A program made the translations under genes and the position numbers. DNA of 64,000 nt from Allomuricauda sp. (GTDB taxonomy: Bacteria; Bacteroidota; Bacteroidia; Flavobacteriales; Flavobacteriaceae). The stretch's first letter is position 1. The number at the start of each line of letters is the position of its first letter. Of this stretch, positions 48,259 through 57,779 are shown in pieces. The notes beneath the pieces are model-generated. The model saw only the letters and a program-made list of their open reading frames with translations, was not told the origin of the DNA and ran no database searches. Where the stretch lies: contig JAVJRL010000012.1 in assembly GCA_040285615.1 (NCBI GenBank), positions 765,257 to 829,256 on the forward strand, written 5' to 3'.

Positions 48259-49098
48259 TCAATCTTCCAAACTACTGAATTCGACAAATTCATATTGAGG
48301 AGAAGCCTCCAATAATTGGCGTAAAATAGCGGCATGCCCATTGCCAAAAATTACCAAAATCCGTTCTTCTGGACTTTGGGTGATATTGATGAGCTTGGAA
48401 AAGATTCGAACATTGCGGTTGTACCACCAAATGGATAAAAAATCCGCCCCTTGCCCGTCACCCGTTGCAATGGAGCCTGTAAGGTAAAGTCCAAAATTAA
48501 AATTGTGACCTTCCCGTGTATTCATGGCTTTGATAAAGTCCAATAAGTGCACATCCTTCATTTTTTTATCCCGATAGTCAAAATAGTCCTCGGCGTAATC
48601 CCAAAATGGGTCATTTACCTTCCAATTTATCTTGTTCGTAAGTTTATTTAAGAATGTGGAATCCTGTTTCTCCAGATCACTTTGTAACGAAGAGGTATCT
48701 ATTCCATAAATTGAATCCAACCCTAGATCGGAGGCGATACGCATTCCCAATTGGTAACGCTCATCTCGGCTACTACGATGTTTTCCGTTTTTATATTCCT
48801 CAAACTTTTGCATGGTGTTCCAAGATGGTCTTGCCTCAATGGCAATTTTGGTGGGCTCAAATTTTTTAATGTAGGCAACCAACTCTTCCAGTTCGGATTT
48901 TTTGGGCTCTTTTAAAACATCGATTTTATTCTCTTCGGCTGTTTTTACTTCGTCCAATCCTGGGAAATCGAAATGAAAGGTGCCTACGACAAGAACTTTC
49001 GTTTTTTGGGCAGGATAGAACTCGGAAGGTGATTTTAATTGGGATTGAGCGAAGGAAATAGTTGAAATTAAAATGAATAGAATGGAAAACTGACGCAT
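48259..49098 (-). CDS. Hypothetical secreted protein (DUF5694/TraB-GumN-like)
   Basis: The signal peptide is MRQFSILFILISTISFAQ. Motifs are KVLVVGTFHFDFPGLD and ERILVIFGNGHAAILRQLL. The family assignment is from memory only. Confidence 0.5.
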   Translation of the reverse strand: MRQFSILFILISTISFAQSQLKSPSEFYPAQKTKVLVVGTFHFDFPGLDEVKTAEENKIDVLKEPKKSELEELVAYIKKFEPTKIAIEARPSWNTMQKFEEYKNGKHRSSRDERYQLGMRIASDLGLDSIYGIDTSSLQSDLEKQDSTFLNKLTNKINWKVNDPFWDYAEDYFDYRDKKMKDVHLLDFIKAMNTREGHNFNFGLYLTGSIATGDGQGADFLSIWWYNRNVRIFSKLINITQSPEERILVIFGNGHAAILRQLLEASPQYEFVEFSSLED

Positions 49099-49290
49099 GG
49101 TTAATGTTTTTTTAAGGATGACAGGGAAGGAGGATTGTTACAGTTTCAACTTGAGGACTAAATATTCCATTTACTTCCACTTGATGTGAACTCAATATTT
49201 TTTGAAGCAAACATTCGAATCAATTTATTGGCTTCAGTTTGTTTTATGGAAAATTAGTAGCTTTGGATATTTGGACTAAAACTAATAATC

Positions 49291-50883
49291 TTAGTATTTC
49301 ATATCCTCAAACAACGTCCATTCGTTGGGGTCCAAAACAATGGAATCGGGTCGGTCTTTGCTTTCGATTGCTATGTTTTGGTTACGCTGATCTACTTTAA
49401 TGGTTTTGATTGTCATTTTACCATCTTTCACTATACCTATTTCCAAAGGAAATTCAAATACGTGATGGTCTTGGAGTTGCTGTACTTTTAGGTTGACCTT
49501 TCCGTTGCTATGATCCCAATTCCATTTGATCTGAGGGTGGCCCTTTATAAATAGCCATTGCTCAAAAAAGGATGTTAGATCTTCGCCTGATACTTTTTCC
49601 ATTACATGCCGAAAATCGTCGGTAAGTACATTGCTGTTTTGGTAGGTGGCGTAGTAGTTTCGGATGCCTTCCCAAAATATACCATCTTCCAATTTGTGAC
49701 GTAGCATGTTCAACACCCATCCCCCTTTTTCATAGGTGTTGGTGCTCAATACCTTCATAGGGTCTTTTATACTGAGGTCCACAATGGGCGCAGGCTTTTT
49801 TTGGTAGTAATCAAAAATCTCTTTTTTGTCGATGGCCAATTCTTTTTTTCTACGTTCATCTCCATACTCACTTTCCAAATAAAGAATGGAGAAGTAGGTG
49901 GCAAATCCTTCACTCAACCAAACGTGGTTCCAGCTTTTCTCCGTCGCGGAATTTCCGAACCATTGGTGGGCAATTTCGTGGGCAATCAATGGTTCCACGG
50001 TTTTATTGCCCGTGACCGAATTTTCAAAATAGGCAATGGTCCCTGCATTTTCCAGTCCACCCCATTGGGTCTTTGCCTGCATGTTGGCCAGTTTGGCGTA
50101 CGAATATGGCCCGATATGATCAATAAAATACTCAAGCACATTTCCTGCAACGCTGTAATCACCAAATCCTTCCAAACGGTTTTGCGGATACACCCATGCT
50201 GAAACTTCAACACCATCAATATCATCAACCAATCGACTTGCAAATTCTGTGACGCCGATAGTCATCACTTTAGTGGCCACGGGAGCAGGTTCGTTATAAA
50301 TGGTAAGTTTATAACCGTTTTCCAAATTGCTTTCTTCTACTTTTTTACCAGTGGCCACCACATCGTAATGATCAGGCGCGGTGATCTGGAATTCCACACT
50401 TGCCTTATCGTACGGATGGTCCACTGATGGCAACCAATGTCTGGCCAAGTTGGGCCAATTGTCGCCAAAAAAGGAACGTTTTCCAAATTTGGTAGAGGCT
50501 ATGACCAACCCTCTTTCTGGAATTCCTTGGTATTTGACGGTAAAAGCTTGTATCGAATCGCTAGAATTCTTCGGAACTATGTTGATTTTGTTGTTGCTAT
50601 ATGTGTAGCTGGCTTGGGAGTCGTTTTCCAACACTTCGGTGACTTCCATGCCAAATTCCCCTGACTTTTGGACAAGGTCCAAGGAAAAGGGCCCCACATT
50701 TTCTTTGAACTGAACAGTTACGTGAGCTTCCCCTTTAATTTCGTTGGACGCATCATTTAAATGAAGACCAAAAACATAGTTTTGGATATCAACGGATTCG
50801 TTTTTCGCATACACATCCTGTGCAAACGAAAAATTGGAAAAAGTAACAAATAGAAAAAAACTAAGTAAAATTCTGATTGACAT
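49291..50883 (-). CDS. M1-family zinc metallopeptidase (aminopeptidase N-like)
   Basis: The HEIAHQWFGN zinc motif is present with the downstream WLSEGFATY glutamate and a GLENAG (GAMEN-like) exopeptidase motif. It has a signal peptide. Confidence 0.9.
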   Translation of the reverse strand: MSIRILLSFFLFVTFSNFSFAQDVYAKNESVDIQNYVFGLHLNDASNEIKGEAHVTVQFKENVGPFSLDLVQKSGEFGMEVTEVLENDSQASYTYSNNKINIVPKNSSDSIQAFTVKYQGIPERGLVIASTKFGKRSFFGDNWPNLARHWLPSVDHPYDKASVEFQITAPDHYDVVATGKKVEESNLENGYKLTIYNEPAPVATKVMTIGVTEFASRLVDDIDGVEVSAWVYPQNRLEGFGDYSVAGNVLEYFIDHIGPYSYAKLANMQAKTQWGGLENAGTIAYFENSVTGNKTVEPLIAHEIAHQWFGNSATEKSWNHVWLSEGFATYFSILYLESEYGDERRKKELAIDKKEIFDYYQKKPAPIVDLSIKDPMKVLSTNTYEKGGWVLNMLRHKLEDGIFWEGIRNYYATYQNSNVLTDDFRHVMEKVSGEDLTSFFEQWLFIKGHPQIKWNWDHSNGKVNLKVQQLQDHHVFEFPLEIGIVKDGKMTIKTIKVDQRNQNIAIESKDRPDSIVLDPNEWTLFEDMKY

Positions 50884-50891
50884 AAATTCAA

Positions 50892-50919
50892 GTTGAAAGC
50901 CTTAGGCTTAAATTTCAAC
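50892..50919 (-). terminator. Hairpin between argH and the M1 peptidase gene (weak terminator or start-site structure)
   Basis: On the minus RNA the sequence is GUUGAAA-UUUAAGCCUAAGGC-UUUCAAC, with a 7-bp outer stem and an inner GCC/GGC pair. It is followed by UUGAAUUU and ends 8 nt before the peptidase ATG. The U-tract is poor. Confidence 0.3.
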
Positions 50920-50933
50920 CCAATTTATCCATT

Positions 50934-52217
50934 TTACTCAAAAACTTTGTCCATTTTCTCCTTTATCTGTTCCAAACACAGATTGCCCAGGCTTCCTTCG
51001 TGGGTATGGTCAATATCCCGTTTTGGTTTAAAATTACCATTTTCAATGGCCTTACCCATAGTTTTATAGGCATCACGGAACGGCATCCCGTTTTTTACAA
51101 GTTCGTTCAAAGTGTCGACACTAAAGAGATAATCGTATTTGGGGTCGTCCAAAATGTTTTTGTTTATTTTGATCTCTTTAAGACTGAAGGTTATCATCTC
51201 CAAACAAGCATGCATATCCTGTAACGCGGGAACAATTACTTCTTTTACCAATTGAAGGTCCCTGTGGTAACCACTGGGTAAATTGTTCATGATTAAGATG
51301 AGTTGATTGGGTACCGCTTGTATTTTGTTGCACTTGGCCCTGATCAATTCGAACACATCGGGGTTCTTTTTGTGAGGCATAATGCTACTTCCAGTGGTAA
51401 GTTCGTTAGGAAAGGAGATAAAATCGAAATTCTGGCTCATGTAGAGGCAAATGTCCATCGCCATTTTGGATAGCGTAGCGGCAACGCTCGAGATTCCGAA
51501 TGCAGTTGCTTTTTCCACTTTCCCACGTCCCATTTGGGCAGCGACCACATTATATTTTTGGGTGGTAAAATCCATTTTCGCAGTAGTAAAGCTTCTATCG
51601 ATTGGGAAGGAGCTTCCGTAACCTGCTGCACTACCCAATGGGTTTTGGTCAGCAACTTTATGTGCAGCCTGTACAAAGTACAGGTCGTCTACCAAACTTT
51701 CAGCATAGGCGGAAAACCAAAGCCCAAAAGAAGAGGGCATGGCAATTTGAAGATGAGTGTACCCGGGTAACAATACATTTTTGTGCTTGTCGGCGAGTTT
51801 CATCAATAGATCGAACAAGGTTTTGACCTGACTTTTGATTTCGGTCAACTCATCTTTAAGGTACAATTGCATGGCCACTAGCACCTGATCGTTTCGGGAT
51901 CGAGCGGAATGGATTTTTTTACCCGTATCCCCTAATTTTTCGGTCAGCATGAACTCAATTTTGGAGTGCATGTCCTCAAAATCATCCTCAATGATAAATT
52001 TTCCCTTTTCAATGTCCTTGGCAATGGCATCCAATGCTTTTACAAGGTCTTTGGCTTCGTCTTCAGAAATCAATCCAACCTTGCCCAGCATTTTTGCGTG
52101 GGCCTTGGAGGCGATTACATCATATTTTGCCAATACCAAATCAAGTTCGCGGTCGTTACCAACGGTAAAGTGGTCTATTTTTTTATCGGTGCTGAATCCT
52201 TTGTCCCAGAGTTTCAT
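50934..52217 (-). CDS. argH: Argininosuccinate lyase
   Basis: MKLWDKGFSTDKKIDHFTVGNDRELD is present, along with the fumarate-lyase signature region GSSIMPHKKNPD. Total length is 427 aa. Confidence 0.95.
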   Translation of the reverse strand: MKLWDKGFSTDKKIDHFTVGNDRELDLVLAKYDVIASKAHAKMLGKVGLISEDEAKDLVKALDAIAKDIEKGKFIIEDDFEDMHSKIEFMLTEKLGDTGKKIHSARSRNDQVLVAMQLYLKDELTEIKSQVKTLFDLLMKLADKHKNVLLPGYTHLQIAMPSSFGLWFSAYAESLVDDLYFVQAAHKVADQNPLGSAAGYGSSFPIDRSFTTAKMDFTTQKYNVVAAQMGRGKVEKATAFGISSVAATLSKMAMDICLYMSQNFDFISFPNELTTGSSIMPHKKNPDVFELIRAKCNKIQAVPNQLILIMNNLPSGYHRDLQLVKEVIVPALQDMHACLEMITFSLKEIKINKNILDDPKYDYLFSVDTLNELVKNGMPFRDAYKTMGKAIENGNFKPKRDIDHTHEGSLGNLCLEQIKEKMDKVFE

Positions 52218-52318
52218 AGTTTTTCTTTTGTCATTCCCATGAAGATGGGAACCTTAATTAAATTGTTCTCGAAGGTCCCTTTGACTGCGCTCAGGGTACA
52301 TTTAAGAACTGATATTGG

Positions 52319-53389
52319 TTACTGTAAAAATCCCATTAGGGTTTTGATGTAAATATCTATTCCTTCTTCAATTTCATTTACAAAGATAAATTCGTTGGCT
52401 GAATGCGAACGAGTGCTGTCACCCGGACCCAATTTAACCGATTGACAGGTCAATGCAGCTTGATCGGACAAGGTAGGTGAACCATAGGTTTTTCTGCCAA
52501 GAGCCAATCCACTTTTTACCAAATCGTGGTCTGGGTCTATGGAAGATGAGTTCAATCGTAAAGAACGTGGTGTCATTTTACAAGGCGCTTCTTTTTGAAG
52601 GATGTCTGCTATTTCCTGATTGCTGTAACAATCGTTCACGCGGACATCAATCACCAAATCGACATGGCCTGGTACTACGTTGTGCTGATTGCCCGCGTTA
52701 ATTTGCGTTGTGGTCAGTTTTACTTCACCCAAAGCATCAGAAACTTTATCAAAGGAATAATCTTTGAGCCATCGCAATACTTCGATAGTGTTGTAAATCG
52801 AATTGTTATCGTTTGGATGCGCAGCGTGCGAGGGAGTTCCTTCAACAACGGCATCAAAAACCACCAAACCTTTTTCAGCGATGGCCAAATCCATCAAGGT
52901 GGGTTCACCCACAATGGCCACATCAATTTTTGGTAGAATGGGGAGCAATGCTCTGATGCTTTTTTCTCCGGCATCTTCTTCTTCACCTGTAGCAGCCATA
53001 ATTATGTTATGACTCAGGTTCTCCTTTTCATAAAAATGAACAAAAGTGGCCAAAAGCGATACCAAGCATCCACCTGCATCATTACTCCCAAGACCATACA
53101 GTTTACCATCTTCAATATGGGCATCAAAAGGGTCTTTGGTGTATGCGCTATTCGGTTTTACGGTATCGTGGTGGGAGTTTAGTAGCAAGGTGGGTTTGCT
53201 TTCATCAAAATGTTTGTTGAAGGCATAAATGTTATTATGCTGTCTTTTGGTCTTGACTCCAAATCCCAGCAAAAATTCCTCAATGGCATCACCTGTTTCA
53301 TCTTCTTCACCAGAAAAGGAAGGTGTACTGATGAGTTTTTTTAGTAGTTCTAGGGCTTTTCCCGTTAATATATCTTGATATATTTTCAT
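52319..53389 (-). CDS. argE: M20-family deacylase (acetyl/succinyl-ornithine deacylase, ArgE-like)
   Basis: ORF extends to 53449. The ATG at 53389 overlaps the argB stop (ATGA). M20 motifs are LLLNSHHDTVKP, GSNDAGG and ATGEEE. Confidence 0.85.
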   Translation of the reverse strand: MKIYQDILTGKALELLKKLISTPSFSGEEDETGDAIEEFLLGFGVKTKRQHNNIYAFNKHFDESKPTLLLNSHHDTVKPNSAYTKDPFDAHIEDGKLYGLGSNDAGGCLVSLLATFVHFYEKENLSHNIIMAATGEEEDAGEKSIRALLPILPKIDVAIVGEPTLMDLAIAEKGLVVFDAVVEGTPSHAAHPNDNNSIYNTIEVLRWLKDYSFDKVSDALGEVKLTTTQINAGNQHNVVPGHVDLVIDVRVNDCYSNQEIADILQKEAPCKMTPRSLRLNSSSIDPDHDLVKSGLALGRKTYGSPTLSDQAALTCQSVKLGPGDSTRSHSANEFIFVNEIEEGIDIYIKTLMGFLQ

Positions 53390-54165
53390 AAAGTCAATGT
53401 CGTATAATCTGAATTGTCTACTTCGAGCATATTGGTGTTTCCTACGCAAACTTTGGAGACCTCATTGCGTAAAGCATAAAAGCAGTTGTGCATTTTGGGA
53501 AGCATTCCATCCGCAATAATGCCATAGGCCAAAAGTTCATCATAGCCTTTGGAATCTATATGTTTGATTACGGAGTTTTCATCTTCCACATCTTGAAGTA
53601 CTCCTTTCTTTTCAAAGCAATAATATAGCGTAGTCTCAAACTGGTCGGACATGGCAATGGCCAATTCCGCAGCAATGGTATCGGCGTTGGTATTCAACAT
53701 TTGTCCTTTTCCATCGTGTGTGAGCGCACAAAAAATGGGAGTAAAACCCGCTTGAAGCAATTTAAAAATTCCGTAGGTGTTTACCATATCCACATCACCG
53801 ACATAACCAAAATCTACATTTTTTTTTGGTCTTTTATGTGCTCGGATGGCATCGGCATCGGCACCGCTCATTCCAATGGCATCGGTACCCAATGATTGCA
53901 ATTTGGCAACTATTTTTTTACTGTATAATCCCCCGTAGACCATAAGCGCGATGTCCAAGGTTTCGGCATTGGTAATACGTCTTCCGTTTACCATCTTGGA
54001 TTCTACACCCATTTGATTGGCCAATTCTGTGGCCTTATTTCCACCTCCGTGTACCAAAATTTTATTGCCGTCCAACTTAGAGAACAGCCCCAATACATGT
54101 TTACACTTTTCTGCGTCCTCTATTAGGTTACCGCCTATTTTTACTACGGATAATTTTTGTTTCAT
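53386..54165 (-). CDS. argB: Acetylglutamate kinase
   Basis: LSVVKIGGNLIED, ILVHGGG and LNTNADT are amino-acid-kinase fold motifs. Total length is 259 aa. Confidence 0.92.
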   Translation of the reverse strand: MKQKLSVVKIGGNLIEDAEKCKHVLGLFSKLDGNKILVHGGGNKATELANQMGVESKMVNGRRITNAETLDIALMVYGGLYSKKIVAKLQSLGTDAIGMSGADADAIRAHKRPKKNVDFGYVGDVDMVNTYGIFKLLQAGFTPIFCALTHDGKGQMLNTNADTIAAELAIAMSDQFETTLYYCFEKKGVLQDVEDENSVIKHIDSKGYDELLAYGIIADGMLPKMHNCFYALRNEVSKVCVGNTNMLEVDNSDYTTLTL

Positions 54166-54166
54166 G

Positions 54167-54913
54167 CTATGTATTTATAATTCCCCCATCAATGGTCACT
54201 GTGGTTCCGGTAATCCAAGAACTATCATCAGAAACCAAAAAAAGCACAAGTTTAGTAATATCTTCAGGTGTGCCCAACCTTTTTAACAATGTAGTCCTTT
54301 TCGCATTTTCAACAGCAGTTTCTGGGTTTTCGAAGGCCTTGGCGGATTCCCATAATAAAGGCGTATCCACTGGGCCAGGACAAATGGCGTTCACTCTAAT
54401 TTTTGGTGCATAATCCACTGCCATTTGCTTCATTAGGGCGACGGATGCTGCTTTTGAAGCACAGTAGGCAGGATGGTTGGGAAAACTCTTAAAGGCAGCG
54501 ATTGAGGCATTGATCAAAATGTTGCCTTGAGATTCTTTTAGTAAGAAGGGGAGCGCATATTTGCAAAGATAAAATATGGAGCTCAAATTGGTGCTGATAG
54601 TGTTCTGCCAAATATCAATAGGCAGCTCTTGAACATTCCCTAAGCCGAGAACACCTGCGTTTAATGATAGGATATCCAATTTACCAAAAGTTTCCAGAGC
54701 GGTATCGACCAATTTTTTGTTGTAAGATGGGTCGGTAATATCTCCGGAAATGAACACGGCATTATCCAGACTTTCTTCCAAAGCCTTTCCTCTTTCTTGG
54801 TTTCTGCCAGAAAGTACTAAACTGGCTCCTTCGGAGGAAAACCCTTTGGCAATGGCCTTTCCCATTCCGCTTGTAGCCCCGGTTACTATACAGACCTTTT
54901 CCTTTAGTTTCAT
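54167..54913 (-). CDS. SDR-family oxidoreductase embedded in the arg operon
   Basis: The cofactor motif is VCIVTGATSGMGKAIA, the NAG motif is LNAGV, and the catalytic pair is S...YCASK. It is separated by 1 nt from argB and has a 4-nt overlap with argF'. Confidence 0.9.
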   Translation of the reverse strand: MKLKEKVCIVTGATSGMGKAIAKGFSSEGASLVLSGRNQERGKALEESLDNAVFISGDITDPSYNKKLVDTALETFGKLDILSLNAGVLGLGNVQELPIDIWQNTISTNLSSIFYLCKYALPFLLKESQGNILINASIAAFKSFPNHPAYCASKAASVALMKQMAVDYAPKIRVNAICPGPVDTPLLWESAKAFENPETAVENAKRTTLLKRLGTPEDITKLVLFLVSDDSSWITGTTVTIDGGIINT

Positions 54914-55848
54914 TTGTCTTCCAATATATTCTTCAATACAATTTGAGCTGAAAAAACCCTATTTTTAGCTTGTTCCACGACCAAGGATTGATCACTATCC
55001 AAAACAGCATCCTCCACAATCATATTTCTTCGAACGGGTAGACAGTGCATAAACTTGGCTTTACCCAATTTCTCTTTGGTGATGGTCCAATTAGTGTCTT
55101 TGCTCAAAACCTTTCCGTAATCGGAATAACTGCTCCAGTTTTTCACGTAAACGAAATCAGCATCTTTTAATGCTCTATCTTGGTCGTATTCAATCTTGCA
55201 TCCTTGGGTCAATTCGGAATTAAGTTCATATCCCTTTGGATGAGTGATTACGAAATCTGCATCCTGTAATTTCATCATCTGTATAAACGAGTTGGCCACC
55301 GCATGGGGCAACGCTTTAGGGTGAGGTGCCCAAGAAAGTACGACTTTGGGTTTCTTTATGGTTTCGTTCTCTTTCAAAGTTATGGCATCTGCCAAAGCTT
55401 GAAGTGGGTGACCCACCGAACTTTCCATATTTACCACAGGAATGGAAGCATACTTTGCAAATCCGTTGATGACTTCTTCTGCTTCGTCCTTTTCCTTGTC
55501 CTTCAAACCGGCAAATGCACGAATTGCAACGATGTCGGAATATTGAGAAACCACTTGCGCAGCCTCTTTAATATGTTCCGAAGTACCTTGGTCCATTATG
55601 GTTCCATCACCGTATTCCAAAGCCCAGCCTTCGTTGCCAAAATTCATGACCATTACTTCCATGCCAAGGTTCATGGCGGCCTTTTGCGTGCTAAGGCGGG
55701 TTCTTAGGCTATTGTTGAAAAACAACAGACAAATTGTTTTTCGCTTGCCCAAATCCTCAAACTGATAAGGGTCTTTTTTTAAGGTGATTGCTTTATCCAC
55801 CCAATCGGGGAGGGATTCTATATCGTTGACTGTTAAATAATGCTTCAT
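54910..55848 (-). CDS. argF': N-acyl-L-ornithine carbamoyltransferase (argF'-type; succinyl-ornithine type expected in Bacteroidota)
   Basis: The carbamoyl-phosphate motif is NNSLRTRLS. HPLQALAD, the characteristic SWAPHPKALPHAVANS segment of the acyl-ornithine transcarbamylases, and HCLPVRRN are also present. Confidence 0.85.
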   Translation of the reverse strand: MKHYLTVNDIESLPDWVDKAITLKKDPYQFEDLGKRKTICLLFFNNSLRTRLSTQKAAMNLGMEVMVMNFGNEGWALEYGDGTIMDQGTSEHIKEAAQVVSQYSDIVAIRAFAGLKDKEKDEAEEVINGFAKYASIPVVNMESSVGHPLQALADAITLKENETIKKPKVVLSWAPHPKALPHAVANSFIQMMKLQDADFVITHPKGYELNSELTQGCKIEYDQDRALKDADFVYVKNWSSYSDYGKVLSKDTNWTITKEKLGKAKFMHCLPVRRNMIVEDAVLDSDQSLVVEQAKNRVFSAQIVLKNILEDK

Positions 55849-56972
55849 TATAATGCTTTTTTCAGCGCTTCAAAAAATAGGTCTATGTCTTCTTTGGTGA
55901 TGTTCAACGCAGGCAAGAACCGTAACAACTTCTTGTTTTTGGCACTTCCTGTGAACATGTGCTGTTCCATGATCATTTTTTTACGAAGGGGGGCAACCTC
56001 AAAATCGAATTCCAGTCCAATCATCAATCCTTTTCCTTTTATATTTTTGATTTCTGGAATCTCTGCAGCTTTTTCTTTGAAATATTTACCAAGTTTAGCC
56101 GCATTTTGAATTAGACTTTCATCCTCCAGAACTTCCAGAACCGCAAGACATGCTACACATGCCAAATGGTTACCTCCAAAGGTGGTTCCCAAAAGTCCGT
56201 ACGATGGTTTGAATGACTCGTGAATCAATATGCCACCAACGGGGAAACCATTCCCCATGCCCTTGGCAATAGAAATGATGTCAGGTTCGATTCCATGATG
56301 CTGAAAAGCAAAGAATTTACCACTGCGTCCGTAGCCCGATTGTACTTCATCCGCGATAAGGACCACGTTGTTTTCCTTGCATTTGTTGGAGATGAATTGG
56401 AAGAATTCTGTGCTAGGTTCGTCCAATCCACCTACTCCTTGGATGGCTTCCAAAATTACGGCACAATACTCATCAGAAGTGATTGCTTTTTCAAAAGCTT
56501 CTTTATCATTCAATGCTAAGAAAGTGACCTTTTGTTGTTTGTTGATTGGGGCATTGATGCTAGGATTGTCCGTAGCAGCAACGGCGGCTGAGGTTCTTCC
56601 GTGAAAACTATTGGTAAAAGCGATTACTTTGGACTTTCCCGTGTGGAAAGAAGCCATTTTTAAGGCATTTTCATTGGCTTCCGCTCCTGAATTGCACATA
56701 AAAAGGTCATAATTTTCACAGCCTGATAATTTTCCTAATTTTTCGGCCACCGCTTCTTGTAAGGGATTTTGGACGGAGTTGCTATAAAAAGCCATGTTGT
56801 CCAATTGCTCCTTGATTCGTTTAACGTAATGCGGGTGTGTATGTCCAATGGAAATTACGGCATGACCACCATAAAAATCCAGATATTTTTGTCCTTTATC
56901 GTCCCAAACTTCAATGCCTTTAGCCTTTACTGGGGTTACGTCATAAAGCGGGTATACGTCGAATAATTTCAT
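55848..56972 (-). CDS. argD: Class III aminotransferase (acyl-ornithine aminotransferase)
   Basis: YLDFYGGHAVISIGHTHP and LIADEVQSGYGRSGKFFAFQ are present. The PLP lysine lies in DIISIAKGMGNGFP. Confidence 0.9.
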   Translation of the reverse strand: MKLFDVYPLYDVTPVKAKGIEVWDDKGQKYLDFYGGHAVISIGHTHPHYVKRIKEQLDNMAFYSNSVQNPLQEAVAEKLGKLSGCENYDLFMCNSGAEANENALKMASFHTGKSKVIAFTNSFHGRTSAAVAATDNPSINAPINKQQKVTFLALNDKEAFEKAITSDEYCAVILEAIQGVGGLDEPSTEFFQFISNKCKENNVVLIADEVQSGYGRSGKFFAFQHHGIEPDIISIAKGMGNGFPVGGILIHESFKPSYGLLGTTFGGNHLACVACLAVLEVLEDESLIQNAAKLGKYFKEKAAEIPEIKNIKGKGLMIGLEFDFEVAPLRKKMIMEQHMFTGSAKNKKLLRFLPALNITKEDIDLFFEALKKAL

Positions 56973-56974
56973 TT

Positions 56975-57769
56975 TTATCCCTTTCTGATTTGACTGATTT
57001 TTTCAAATGAGGAAACAATTCCCCTGATCAATGATGAACTCAACCCTTGGTGCTCCATTTCGTTCAAACCTTCAATGGTACATCCTTTAGGTGTGGTTAC
57101 CCTATCTATTTCTTCTTCGGGATGACTACCCGATTCAATCAATAGACTTGCGGCTCCGTTACAGGTGTGCATGGCCAATTCTTGCGCCTCCTTTGCATCA
57201 AACCCCAATTGGATTGCCCCTTGTGTCGTGGCGCGAATCAAACGCATCCAAAAGGCAATTCCACTTGCGCAGATTACTGTTGCGGCTTGCATTTGTTCCT
57301 CAGGAATTTCCATGGTATGACCCATACGGTTAAAAATGGCCTTGGCTAGATCAACCCGTTTTTTTCCAAGTTCATTACTACAGATGCACGTCATGGATTT
57401 ACCTACCGAAATGGCGGTGTTGGGCATACTTCGGATGATGAACTTATCCGAACCGATGATTCCCTCAATTTTTGAAATACCGAATCCTGTAATGGTACTG
57501 ATCACCACGTGTTTTTCGGTGAGCAGGTCTTTGACTTCTTCCAAAATAGAAGCAAAATGTCCCGGTTGCACGGCAAAAACAAGAATGTCCGAATTTTTAA
57601 CGGCTTCTTGGTTATCGGAAGTAACGGTTACGTTTCCGTATTTTTCAAATTCCTTGATGGATTCGGTGTTTCGTTTGGTGAGGTACATGGTAGTGGCTCC
57701 ATTGCTATGCAATATGCCTTTGGCAATGGCCAGTCCCAAATTTCCCGCTCCAATGATGGCTATTTTCAT
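56975..57769 (-). CDS. proC: Pyrroline-5-carboxylate reductase
   Basis: MKIAIIGAGNLGLAIAKG is a Rossmann motif. The C-terminal VTTPKGCTIEGL is the P5CR signature. Confidence 0.92.
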   Translation of the reverse strand: MKIAIIGAGNLGLAIAKGILHSNGATTMYLTKRNTESIKEFEKYGNVTVTSDNQEAVKNSDILVFAVQPGHFASILEEVKDLLTEKHVVISTITGFGISKIEGIIGSDKFIIRSMPNTAISVGKSMTCICSNELGKKRVDLAKAIFNRMGHTMEIPEEQMQAATVICASGIAFWMRLIRATTQGAIQLGFDAKEAQELAMHTCNGAASLLIESGSHPEEEIDRVTTPKGCTIEGLNEMEHQGLSSSLIRGIVSSFEKISQIRKG

Positions 57770-57779
57770 GATGGTTATT

